A DNA stretch of 64,000 nucleotides. It comes from Vicinamibacteria bacterium. GTDB taxonomy: Bacteria; Acidobacteriota; Vicinamibacteria; Fen-336. The translations under genes were made by a program, and so were the position numbers. The notes below the pieces were generated by a model, which ran no database searches, was not told where the DNA came from, and was given only the letters and a program-made list of their open reading frames with translations. The DNA is taken from contig DATJYX010000065.1 in assembly GCA_035577965.1 (NCBI GenBank), forward strand, positions 22,322 to 86,321. The letters are read 5' to 3'. Within the stretch, counting starts at the first letter, position 1, and every line of letters begins with the position of its first letter. Positions 28,717 to 37,212 of this stretch are shown here, in pieces.

Positions 28717-30438
28717 TCAGAACACCTTTCCGGACTGGGCGAGGAAGTGCTCGACGATGGGGCTGAGGCTCAGCGCGGGGAAGAACGTCAGGGCCCCGAC
28801 GATGAGGATGACGCCGACGAGCAGGGCGGCGAAGAGCGGTCCGTTCGTGGGCAGCGTCCCCGGCCCCGGCGGGACCGACTTCTTGCCCGCCAGCACGCCG
28901 GCGATGCCGAGGGCGGGGACGATCATCAGGAACCGCCCCGCGAGCATGGTGATGCCGAGCGAGACGTTGTACCAGGGGGTGTTCGCGTTCAGGCCCCCGA
29001 AGGCGGACCCGTTGTTGCCGGCGCCGCTGCTGAAGGCGTAGAGGATCTCCGAGAGGCCGTGGGGACCGGCGTTGGCGAGCGAGGAGAGACCGTAGGGGGC
29101 GACGCTCGACCAGGCCGCGAAGGCCAGGATCACGAGGGGGAACACGAGCACGTACAGCATCGCCAGCTTGACTTCCTTCGTCTCGACCTTCTTCCCCAGG
29201 TACTCGGGCGTGCGGCCCACCATCAGGCCGGCGATGAAGACGGACAGGACCGCCATCACCAGCATCCCGTAGAGCCCGGCGCCGACCCCGCCGAAGACCA
29301 CCTCGCCGAGCTGGATGTTGAAGAGGGGCACGAGCCCCCCGAGCGGGGTGAAGCTGTCGTGCATCCCGTTGACCGCGCCGCAGGAGGCGTCGGTGGTGAC
29401 GGTGGCGTACAGGGCGGAGCTCGCGATGCCGAAGCGGACCTCCTTCCCTTCCATGTTCCCGAGCCCGGGCGCGGCGCCGAGCCGGTCGACGATCGACGGG
29501 CTCCCTCCAGACTCCGCCCAGTAGGCCGCAGTGACGCCGACGAGGAAGAGGAACGCCATCGCGCCGAAGAGCGCCCACCCCTGCCGCTGGTCCTTCGCCA
29601 TCCGGCCGAAGGTGTAGGTGAGGCCGGCCGGGATGGCGAAGATCAGGAACATCGAGAAGAAGTTCGTGAGGGGGTTCGGGTTCTCGAAGGGATGGGCGGC
29701 GTTGGCGTTGAAGAAGCCGCCTCCGTTCGTGCCGAGCTGCTTGATGACCTCCTGCGAGGCGACCGGGCCCATCGCGATCACCTGCTTCCCGCCCTCGAGG
29801 GTCGCCACGTCCTGGTAGGGAGAGAGGTTCTGGATCATCCCCTGCGACACGAAGACGAGGGCGAACACGACCGAGAGCGGGAGCAGGACGTAGACCGTCG
29901 ACCGGGTGAGGTCGACCCAGAAGTTGCCGATCGTGCCCGGTCCCTTGCCATCGCCCCGACGCGTGATCCCGCGGGCGAGAGCCACCGCCACTGCCATGCC
30001 CGCCGCGGCCGAGATGAAGTTGTGCCAGGCGAGGCCGGCCATCTGGCTGAGGTAGCTCATCGTGACCTCGCCCGTGTAGCCCTGCCAGTTGGTGTTGGTC
30101 GTGAAGCTCGCCGCGGTGTTGAAGGACGAGAACGCCTCGACGGGCCCCAGCTTCTGCGGGTTGAAGGGCAGGACGTGCTGGAGGCGCTGGAGGGCGTAGG
30201 TCACGAGCATCGTGAAGGCGCTGAAGGCGAGCAGCCCCGTGGCGTAGACGGACCAGGACTGCTCCCGGCCGTCGACGCCCGAGAGGCGGTAGACGAGGCG
30301 CTCCAGCCACCCGAGCGGGCGGCGGAGGAAGTGGCTCTCGCCCTCCATCACCCGGTGCATGAAGGCGCCGAGGGGCGCCGTCACCGCGAGGATCGTGGCG
30401 AAGAAGAAGAGGATCTGGATCCATCCGTTGGGGGTCAA
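28717..30438 (-). CDS. kdpA: Potassium-transporting ATPase subunit A
   Basis: KdpA N-terminus MTPNGWIQILFFFATILAVTAPLGAFM; 10-TM channel-like architecture. Confidence 0.9.
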   Translation of the reverse strand: MTPNGWIQILFFFATILAVTAPLGAFMHRVMEGESHFLRRPLGWLERLVYRLSGVDGREQSWSVYATGLLAFSAFTMLVTYALQRLQHVLPFNPQKLGPVEAFSSFNTAASFTTNTNWQGYTGEVTMSYLSQMAGLAWHNFISAAAGMAVAVALARGITRRGDGKGPGTIGNFWVDLTRSTVYVLLPLSVVFALVFVSQGMIQNLSPYQDVATLEGGKQVIAMGPVASQEVIKQLGTNGGGFFNANAAHPFENPNPLTNFFSMFLIFAIPAGLTYTFGRMAKDQRQGWALFGAMAFLFLVGVTAAYWAESGGSPSIVDRLGAAPGLGNMEGKEVRFGIASSALYATVTTDASCGAVNGMHDSFTPLGGLVPLFNIQLGEVVFGGVGAGLYGMLVMAVLSVFIAGLMVGRTPEYLGKKVETKEVKLAMLYVLVFPLVILAFAAWSSVAPYGLSSLANAGPHGLSEILYAFSSGAGNNGSAFGGLNANTPWYNVSLGITMLAGRFLMIVPALGIAGVLAGKKSVPPGPGTLPTNGPLFAALLVGVILIVGALTFFPALSLSPIVEHFLAQSGKVF

Positions 30439-30454
30439 GGCTCGGGCTCCTTCC

Positions 30455-30544
30455 TCAGAACCGTTCGGGCTTCAGGAGGGCGTAGGCGAGGTAGGCGAGG
30501 AGCAGCACGGACAGCAGCAGGCCGACGAGGTATTCGAGACCCAT
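30455..30544 (-). CDS. kdpF: KdpF, 29-aa membrane peptide
   Basis: Reverse-strand translation MGLEYLVGLLLSVLLLAYLAYALLKPERF* matches KdpF family length and hydrophobic core. G8 SD upstream. Not in the supplied ORF track (too short). Confidence 0.75.
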   Translation of the reverse strand: MGLEYLVGLLLSVLLLAYLAYALLKPERF

Positions 30545-30553
30545 GTCCCCCCC

Positions 30554-30637
30554 CTAGATGCGCTCGCAGGCCCTGACGTAGAGCCAGGCGGCGGCGAAGA
30601 AGGCCACGGTCGACAGCACGAGAAGCAGGTCGATCAT
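30554..30637 (-). CDS. Unannotated 27-aa hydrophobic peptide ORF immediately upstream of kdpF
   Basis: Reverse-strand translation MIDLLLVLSTVAFFAAAWLYVRACERI*. GGAGG SD 5 nt upstream of ATG; GC3 26/27; its stop is 9 nt before the kdpF ATG. Confidence 0.45.
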   Translation of the reverse strand: MIDLLLVLSTVAFFAAAWLYVRACERI

Positions 30638-30665
30638 CGTTCCTCCACGAGATGTCCTCTCGTCT

Positions 30666-32069
30666 TCACAGCTTGACGAGCAGGGCGAACGTGAGCCGGT
30701 TCTCGTCCTTGCGCAGGTCGGGCGACCAGCCCGGCACGGACGATCCCGGAGCGCCCGTGTTGCCTCCTGGCGGCGTCACTCCCCCGCTCCCCGAGAAGTA
30801 CGGTACGTTCGCGTGCCGGTGGTTGAACTCGAGCCGGAAGATGAAGAACGGGCTCGGGTAGTAGTCCAGCGTCACTTGGGTGTCCCAGGCCTTGAAGGGG
30901 TCGCCGGGGTTCATGGTGAAGTACGGCGTCCCGGAGAAGGCGGTCGCCCCGTTGATCGGCGGCATGAGCACCAGGTAGCGGCCGGGGTTGTTGATTGCCC
31001 CGCCGCCGACCGTGAAGCCCAGCCGGTCGTGGTCGAACCAGAGCCGGTTGTAGGCCATGAACCCGAGGAAGAACTGCGATGGGCTCTCCGGCGTTCCGCC
31101 CGAGCAGCTCACGCCCCCGCCCGACTCGCAGCCCGCGTCGATCGTCAACGACGCGGCGGCCTTGCTCAGGAAGGAGCCGGGAGCGTCGTGGTACTTGAAC
31201 ATGATGCTGTCGTCGGTGTGGAAGCGCCTGCGGTCCGGGTTGCCGAGGGTGTCGGCTCCGAAGTACTGGTTGCCGAGGATCCCCAGGCGCGCGCTCGGCC
31301 GCCAGAGGATCTGCAAGCCGACACCGGGGGCATTGTTGAACTTGCCGTAGGACTGCCACCCGTTGACGAACCAAGGCTCGATCTTCAGCTTGTCGCTCGG
31401 GAAGATCTGGACGCGCATGCCGTTGAAGAACCACGGCGTGTTCGAGGAGACGTACGAGGGCTGGTAGGTCCAGTTGTCGAAGTTGTAGTAGCTCCAGAGG
31501 CCGACGTAGGACATGAAGATCCCGGCCTGGACGTTGATGCCGTTCCACTTGTCGATGTGGTACCCGCCGTAGGCCTCGGAGATGTAGCGGTAGGCGTTGT
31601 CGAGGCTCCACTGCCCGCGGCCCGGGCTCGCGTCGTTGCGCGGTGTCGTGGAGGAGTACATGCCGAACTGGGTCATCAGCCGCGCCTGCACGTTCTTGTA
31701 GTTGAGGTCGCCGCCGACCCCGAGCTGCGTGAGCTGGAACTCGTCGTGACGGAAGACCTCGCTCGAGCCGGAGATCGTGTCGTCCTGAGGCTTGTTGAAG
31801 CTGTAGTGGTAGGCGGTGTCGACCCGGAACTCGCCCGTGAACGCCTTCATCGACAGGGGCCTCTCGCTCGCCCCGTAGTTTCCCGGCATCCAGGAGAAGT
31901 CGGCGAACGCGAAGGGCTCGGCGGCGGGAGGCTTGGGCGTGGGCTCGGGAGACGGCGCCTGCGTCCCGGTCGTCGCCGGCGCGGCCGGGTCCGAGGACTG
32001 CGCGCGGGCGCCGCCCGTCAGCGAGAGGGCGGCGGCGATTCCGAGGAGAGGGACGGCAACGCGAGTCAT
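30666..32069 (-). CDS. Outer-membrane porin-like beta-barrel protein, first gene of the kdp supra-operon
   Basis: Signal peptide MTRVAVPLLGIAAALSLTGGARAQ; Pro/Thr-rich linker; aromatic-rich beta-strand pattern. Same strand, 28 nt upstream of the small ORF and kdpF. Confidence 0.65.
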   Translation of the reverse strand: MTRVAVPLLGIAAALSLTGGARAQSSDPAAPATTGTQAPSPEPTPKPPAAEPFAFADFSWMPGNYGASERPLSMKAFTGEFRVDTAYHYSFNKPQDDTISGSSEVFRHDEFQLTQLGVGGDLNYKNVQARLMTQFGMYSSTTPRNDASPGRGQWSLDNAYRYISEAYGGYHIDKWNGINVQAGIFMSYVGLWSYYNFDNWTYQPSYVSSNTPWFFNGMRVQIFPSDKLKIEPWFVNGWQSYGKFNNAPGVGLQILWRPSARLGILGNQYFGADTLGNPDRRRFHTDDSIMFKYHDAPGSFLSKAAASLTIDAGCESGGGVSCSGGTPESPSQFFLGFMAYNRLWFDHDRLGFTVGGGAINNPGRYLVLMPPINGATAFSGTPYFTMNPGDPFKAWDTQVTLDYYPSPFFIFRLEFNHRHANVPYFSGSGGVTPPGGNTGAPGSSVPGWSPDLRKDENRLTFALLVKL

Positions 32070-32184
32070 GAGTCGAGCCTCCTGCCAGGCGTTCAGGCCT
32101 GCCCTGCGCACGGCCACACGGCCATCGGCAGCCTGCTCAAGATAGCCACGTCGGCGTCAGGCTCGCGTCAAGATGCGCCCGCGA

Positions 32185-32226
32185 CACATAAGAAAAGCAT
32201 CAAGATCCTGCAAGTGCTTCTTATCC
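32185..32226 (-). promoter_or_regulatory. AT-rich island with inverted repeat ATAAGAA..TTCTTAT; candidate promoter/KdpE operator for the porin-kdp operon
   Basis: acataagaaaagcatcaagatcctgcaagtgcttcttatcc, the only AT-rich patch in this region of a ~70% GC sequence. On the minus strand it gives TTGCAG-17nt-TATGTG. Confidence 0.35.
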
Positions 32227-32238
32227 AGGCAGATGCGC

Positions 32239-33270
32239 TCACTCGAGGCCGTAGCGCCGCCGCTTGCGCCAGAGGGTGGACGTGTTGATCCCGAGGGTCG
32301 CTGCCGCGTCCTCGAGCGTCGGGCTCTCGCTCAGGACCCGCGAGATGTGCTCCTTCTCGACCTGCTCGAGGCTCGCGGCGGCCGAATGCGCCGTCGGGAG
32401 GCTCGGCGGCGTCTTGAACACGCTGTCCGGGAGGTACTCGGGCCCGATCACGTTGCCCGGGCACAGCACCGCGGCCCGCTCCACCGCGTTCCGAAGCTCC
32501 CTGATGTTCCCCGGCCACTCGTGATCCCGTAGCGCCCGGGCCGACGCCTCCGAGAGGTCCAGCGGAGACCTCCCGCTGCGAATGGCGACCGTGCCGAGCA
32601 GGCGCCTCGCGAGGGGAAGGATGTCCTCCCGGCGCTCGCGCAGAGGGGGGAGGGTCAGGGTGATGACGCTCAGGCGGTAGAAGAGGTCCTCGCGGAACCG
32701 CCGCGCCGCGATCTCCGTCGTCAGGTCGCGATTGGACGCGGCGATGATCCGGGTGTCGACGGCGAGCGTCCTCTGGCCGCCGACCCTCTCGAAGGCCTGC
32801 TCCTGCACGAAGCGCAGGAGCTTCGCCTGCAGCTCGGGAGAGAGGTCCGCGATCTCGTCGAGGAAGACGGTCCCCCCCGCTGCGGCCTCGAGCCGCCCCG
32901 GCTTGTCCTTCACCGCCCCCGTGAACGCGCCCCGCACGTGCCCGAACAGCTCGCTCTCCAGCAGCTGGTCGGAGAGCGTCGTGCAGTTGACGAGGACGAA
33001 CGGCTGCCGGTGTCGACGGCTCCAGCGGTGGAGCTGGCGCGCGAGCACGTTCTTGCCCGTGCCGCTCTCGCCCTGCAGGAGGACGGTCGCGTCGCTCGCC
33101 GCCGCCCGCTCCGCGGTCTCCAGGAGACGGCGCATCGCGGTGCTCCGGGTCTCGAGCAGCGGCACGTCCTCCACGGCGTCCCGCAGGGCCCGGTTCTCCT
33201 CCTGGAGCCGGCGTAGCTCGAGCTCGGGCTCGACGACGTCTCGCGTCTCGTCGGACGTGCCGTCCACCAT
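32239..33270 (-). CDS. Sigma-54-dependent transcriptional activator (bacterial enhancer-binding protein), domain-minimal PspF-like: coiled-coil, AAA+ and Fis-type HTH, no receiver or GAF domain
   Basis: GESGTGKN Walker A; GAFTGA; DEIADL; arginine-finger region; C-terminal HTH TLGINTSTLWRKRRRYGL. Confidence 0.85.
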   Translation of the reverse strand: MVDGTSDETRDVVEPELELRRLQEENRALRDAVEDVPLLETRSTAMRRLLETAERAAASDATVLLQGESGTGKNVLARQLHRWSRRHRQPFVLVNCTTLSDQLLESELFGHVRGAFTGAVKDKPGRLEAAAGGTVFLDEIADLSPELQAKLLRFVQEQAFERVGGQRTLAVDTRIIAASNRDLTTEIAARRFREDLFYRLSVITLTLPPLRERREDILPLARRLLGTVAIRSGRSPLDLSEASARALRDHEWPGNIRELRNAVERAAVLCPGNVIGPEYLPDSVFKTPPSLPTAHSAAASLEQVEKEHISRVLSESPTLEDAAATLGINTSTLWRKRRRYGLE

Positions 33271-33374
33271 TCGTTCCTCTCCGAGGAGTCGGACGACAAC
33301 CTACGCCTTCGCGGGTCAAGGCCGGGTCAGGACGGGGGCGCGCAGCGTAAAGGGCGCGTCAAGAAGCGGGCGTC

Positions 33375-33413
33375 GAGCCGTGCGAAATGCTCGGTGGCCG
33401 TGCCGCGAAATGC
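33375..33413 (+). promoter_or_regulatory. Direct repeats CCGTGCGAAATGC / CCGTGCCGCGAAATGC; candidate enhancer (UAS) for the sigma54 activator
   Basis: gagccgtgcgaaatgc and ggccgtgccgcgaaatgc lie 55-95 bp upstream of the -24 element. Confidence 0.35.
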
Positions 33414-33466
33414 AGGATCGCTCGTCTGCCAGGCGCCAAAGGGCCGTCGCTCCTGGCTTCGGCGGT

Positions 33467-33481
33467 TGGCACGCGAGATGC
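33467..33481 (+). promoter_or_regulatory. Sigma-54 (-24/-12) promoter TGGCACGcgagATGC
   Basis: TGGCACG-N4-ATGC matches consensus TGGCACG-N4-TTGCW with exact GG/GC spacing. It lies 62 nt upstream of the ATG at 33543 and is divergent from the sigma54 activator gene. Confidence 0.6.
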
Positions 33482-33542
33482 CTAGGAGTCTCGCGCCGTC
33501 GGGCGGCGCTCTGACGCGGCCGCCGCGCGGGGAGGTGGATCC

Positions 33543-33887
33543 ATGGCCGGTAAGAGGTCGACTGTGGGAATGGCGGCTCTGCTGCTGGGACTCTCGACGA
33601 TGGCGGCGGCCGAGACCGTCGTGGGCGTCGTCACCGCCGTCTCCGGAGACGAGGTCCGGGTCAAGACCAGGCACGGTGAGGAGAGAGTCGCGACCCTGAA
33701 CGTCCGGACCGCCTACGCCCGGTGGATCACCCACAAGCCCTGGCAACAGGAGACCGTGGCCGACCGCGCGTTCGTCAAGGCGGGCCGCTGCGTCGCCGTC
33801 GAGCTCCAGCGTGACGACCCGCGCGTGGCGAAGGTAGTCCGCATCAGCCCGGACGAGGTCGGCACCGTCTACTCGCCTTGCCTGTGA
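33543..33887 (+). CDS. Small secreted protein (114 aa), hypothetical
   Basis: SD GGAGGTGG; signal peptide MAALLLGLSTMAAAET; high GC3. Confidence 0.6.
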   Translation: MAGKRSTVGMAALLLGLSTMAAAETVVGVVTAVSGDEVRVKTRHGEERVATLNVRTAYARWITHKPWQQETVADRAFVKAGRCVAVELQRDDPRVAKVVRISPDEVGTVYSPCL

Positions 33888-33901
33888 ACGGAGGCTCGAC
33901 G

Positions 33902-36900
33902 ATGAGGAAGATCCACGCGACGACGGCTCTCCTGCTCCTCCTCCTGGCCCAGGTGCGCACCGCGGGCGCGCAATCGACCCGCGGGTCGATCGTCGGGGTC
34001 ACCCTGGACCCGTCCCTCCTCGTCGCGCCCGCCACGGCGGTCACGGCGAGGAACCTCGAGGAGAACACGACGCAGGCCACGGTCTCGGACGGAAACGGGC
34101 TCTTCCAGCTCGTGAACCTGAAGCCGGGCCGCTACGAGGTCGCGGCCACCAAGGACGGGTTCGCCCCCGTCGTCCTGCCCCCCTTGACCCTGGCCGCCCG
34201 CCAGACCCTGCGGGTGGAGGTGACGCTCCAGGTCGCGACGGCCAGCGAGTCGGTGGAGGTGACCTCCGACGTCGGGAGGGTCGACACCGAGACCGGCACC
34301 CTCAGCGCGAGCCAGGCCTTCCACGACGTCATGCAGCTCCCCGTCAACACCCGGGGAGCGACCACCAGCGCGCTCGGCGCGATCGCGGTCATGCCCGGCG
34401 TCCAGCAGGACACGAGCGGCAACGTGTCCATCGGGGGCGCTCCGCCTTCCCAGATCGGCTACTCGGTGGATGGCGTGTCCACCGCCAACAACCGCCAGAA
34501 CGGCGCCCTGGCGAACCTCTACCCCTCCTCGGAGATCCTCGACGAGATCAAGGTCACCGCCTTCAACAACAACGCCGAGTTCGCCCAAATCGGAGACGTG
34601 ACCGTGACGACGAAGGGCGGGGGCAACGGTTTCCACGGCAGCGTCTTCGAGTACCACCAGGACGACGCGCTCGACGCCCGGACCTACGGCTTCGAGACCA
34701 AGGCACCCAAGAAGTTCGACACGTTCGGGGGCAGCCTGAGCGGCCCGCTCGTGAAGAACCGCGCGTTCTTCTTCGTCGACTACGAGGGCAACCGCCGCCG
34801 CACCTCCGCGCCGCTCCAGCTCCTGGTTCCGACCGCCGCCGAGCGCGCGGGCGACCTCTCGGCCCTGGCCGCCGCTCCCGTCCTCGATCCCGCCACCGGA
34901 CGACCCTTTCCCGGCAACGTGATCCCCGCCGACCGCATCAACGCCACCGCGCGCGCCCTCCTCGACGGGTACTACCCGATGCCCAACAGCTCCGCCAGCC
35001 CGAGCGCCAACCTCCTCCTCCAGACCCCGACCCCGTCGAACACCGACGGCTTCGACGCCCGCGTCGACCTCTGGGCCAGCACGCAGCACTCGCTCTACGT
35101 CCGCGTGAGCTGGAAAGACGTCTCGTCCACCGTCCAGAATGGGCTGCTCCCGAGCGAGACGGCCGCGGAGCAGAACCGCAACCTGCTCCTCTCTCACAAC
35201 TACACGATCAACTCGAAGCTCGTGAACGAGCTCCGGCTCGGAATGAGCCGGGTCTCCTCGCACGTGTCCTTCCCGATCCGGGGCGCGGACGCCCTGGCCC
35301 AGCTCGGTGTCACCGGGCTCGACCTCGGCGACCACCCGGACACGCACGCGTTCCCCGTCTTCAACTTCGGCGACGGGACCGGCTTCACCCCCATCGGCCG
35401 CGACAAGACGGGCACCTCCCGCTCCACGACGCTCCAGCTCACGGACAACCTGACCTGGACGAAGGGGCGTCACAACCTGCGCTTCGGCGTCGACGTGCGT
35501 CGCCTCGGGTACTACGACCTCGAGAGCTTCGGCGGCGCCAACGACTTCGGCCAGTTCGTCTTCAGCGCGGGGCAGTTCACGGGCAACGCCTTCGCGGACT
35601 TCCTGCTCGGCCTGCCCACCTACACCTACGTCGCCCAGTCCGGCCCCGACATCGACGCCCACACGACGCAGTACGCTGCCTACGCCCAGGACGAGTGGCG
35701 GCTCGGGGACCGGCTCACGCTGAACCTCGGCCTGCGCTACGCCGTCATGCCGGCCTTCGTGGACCGGAACGGCAACCTCGGCGCCTTCAACGTGCAGGAC
35801 GGCGGCATGATCGTCCCCGACGCCCTCCAGCCCCGGGCCGAGTTCCTCCGCTCGATCAACGCCTGTGGCACGGGGCCGGGCGGGGGCGGCCTGAGGGCCG
35901 ACCTCCCGTGCGTCTCCGTCCGGAGCGCGAGCGAGGCCGGCCTGCCCCAGGGGCTCCGCCGCACCGACTTCGGCAACCTCCAGCCGCGCCTGAGCTTCGC
36001 CTACCGTCCGCTCGCCGACAACTCGACCGTCGTCCGCGGGGGCTGGGGCCTCTTCACGGTCACGAGCCTCGGGCAGCTCTCGTTCAACACGACGGACATC
36101 GCGAGCTCGGTCGTCCGCACCTACGCGAACGCCGATCCCGCGACCGGGGCCCCGCGCTACTCGTTCCCGGCCGCGTTCTACGCGGCCACGACGCAGGAGT
36201 TCATCGGCGCCTCGGACTTCTACCAGAACACGCCGACCGGCTACCGCGACCCCCAGGTCATGCAGTGGAACCTCACGGTCGAGCGCGAGATCCCGGGCCA
36301 GATGGTCCTCTCCGCGAGCTACGTGGGGATGAGGTCCTACCGGATGAACGTGACCGTCGACCTCAACCAGGTCGCCCCGAGCGCGCGGCCGTACGACGCC
36401 GCGCGCAAGCCCTACCCGACCTGGAACCGCATCCTCTCCTCCGAGAACCTCGGCTCCGGGAACTACGAGGCGCTCCAGGCCGGGCTCAACCGCCGGCTGA
36501 GGGGCGGCCTCACGTTCCAGGCCAGCTACACGTGGGCCAAGAACCTGGCCGACTACGGGGGAGACGCGCCCTCGGGCTTCACGCCGGAGGTCATCTACGG
36601 CACTGCCGTCGCCGACCGCTACCACCTCGACGCGCTCCGCGGAAACGTGGCCGGCACCCGCCGCCACCGCTTCCTGCTCTCGGGCCTCTACGAGCTGCCG
36701 CTGGCCAGAAACAACCGCTTCCTGGGCGGCTGGCAGGTCAGCACCGTGGCCCTCCTCCAGACGGGGCCCTACCTGACCCCGACATTCAGCGCCGCCCTCG
36801 TCGATCCCGCGAACCTCAACATCTTCAACCGCGGCTCGATCCTCCGTCCCGACCGCATCGGCGACGGCAACCTCGCGAATCCAACACCGGACCACTACTT

Positions 36901-37204
36901 CGACATTGGCGCCTTCGCCGCCCCGCCCGCGAACGCCGGTCGCATCGGCAACTCGGGGGTCGGCATCCTCGTCGGGCCGGGAACCGTGGCGATCTCGGCC
37001 GGGCTGTCGAAGACGTTCCCGCTCTCGGGGCGCACGCGGCTGCGGCTCGACACGACGTTCACGAACCTGCCCAACCACCCGAACTTCGCTCCCCCGGCCG
37101 TCGACGTCTCGACGCCGGCCACCTTCGGCCGCACGACGACCGTGCAGACCGCGGAGGGCGCGGGCAATCGGGTCGGGCAGGTCTCGCTGCGGCTCGAGTT
37201 CTGA
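33902..37204 (+). CDS. TonB-dependent receptor-like outer-membrane protein with N-terminal carboxypeptidase-regulatory-like domain (Acidobacteria-type)
   Basis: Signal peptide; CarboxypepD_reg-like segment LFQLVNLKPGRYEVAATKDGF; plug and 22-strand barrel pattern; C-terminal ...VSLRLEF. Confidence 0.8.
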   Translation: MRKIHATTALLLLLLAQVRTAGAQSTRGSIVGVTLDPSLLVAPATAVTARNLEENTTQATVSDGNGLFQLVNLKPGRYEVAATKDGFAPVVLPPLTLAARQTLRVEVTLQVATASESVEVTSDVGRVDTETGTLSASQAFHDVMQLPVNTRGATTSALGAIAVMPGVQQDTSGNVSIGGAPPSQIGYSVDGVSTANNRQNGALANLYPSSEILDEIKVTAFNNNAEFAQIGDVTVTTKGGGNGFHGSVFEYHQDDALDARTYGFETKAPKKFDTFGGSLSGPLVKNRAFFFVDYEGNRRRTSAPLQLLVPTAAERAGDLSALAAAPVLDPATGRPFPGNVIPADRINATARALLDGYYPMPNSSASPSANLLLQTPTPSNTDGFDARVDLWASTQHSLYVRVSWKDVSSTVQNGLLPSETAAEQNRNLLLSHNYTINSKLVNELRLGMSRVSSHVSFPIRGADALAQLGVTGLDLGDHPDTHAFPVFNFGDGTGFTPIGRDKTGTSRSTTLQLTDNLTWTKGRHNLRFGVDVRRLGYYDLESFGGANDFGQFVFSAGQFTGNAFADFLLGLPTYTYVAQSGPDIDAHTTQYAAYAQDEWRLGDRLTLNLGLRYAVMPAFVDRNGNLGAFNVQDGGMIVPDALQPRAEFLRSINACGTGPGGGGLRADLPCVSVRSASEAGLPQGLRRTDFGNLQPRLSFAYRPLADNSTVVRGGWGLFTVTSLGQLSFNTTDIASSVVRTYANADPATGAPRYSFPAAFYAATTQEFIGASDFYQNTPTGYRDPQVMQWNLTVEREIPGQMVLSASYVGMRSYRMNVTVDLNQVAPSARPYDAARKPYPTWNRILSSENLGSGNYEALQAGLNRRLRGGLTFQASYTWAKNLADYGGDAPSGFTPEVIYGTAVADRYHLDALRGNVAGTRRHRFLLSGLYELPLARNNRFLGGWQVSTVALLQTGPYLTPTFSAALVDPANLNIFNRGSILRPDRIGDGNLANPTPDHYFDIGAFAAPPANAGRIGNSGVGILVGPGTVAISAGLSKTFPLSGRTRLRLDTTFTNLPNHPNFAPPAVDVSTPATFGRTTTVQTAEGAGNRVGQVSLRLEF

Positions 37205-37212
37205 GGAGGCGC

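Noticed and set aside
32070-32238. Possible sigma54 -24/-12 promoter upstream of the porin-kdp operon
   Set aside because: TGG...TTGC-like strings are present (tggataagaagcacttgca; tggctatcttgagca), but the GG/GC spacing is wrong by 1-3 nt. Only the divergent site at 33467 fits the consensus.
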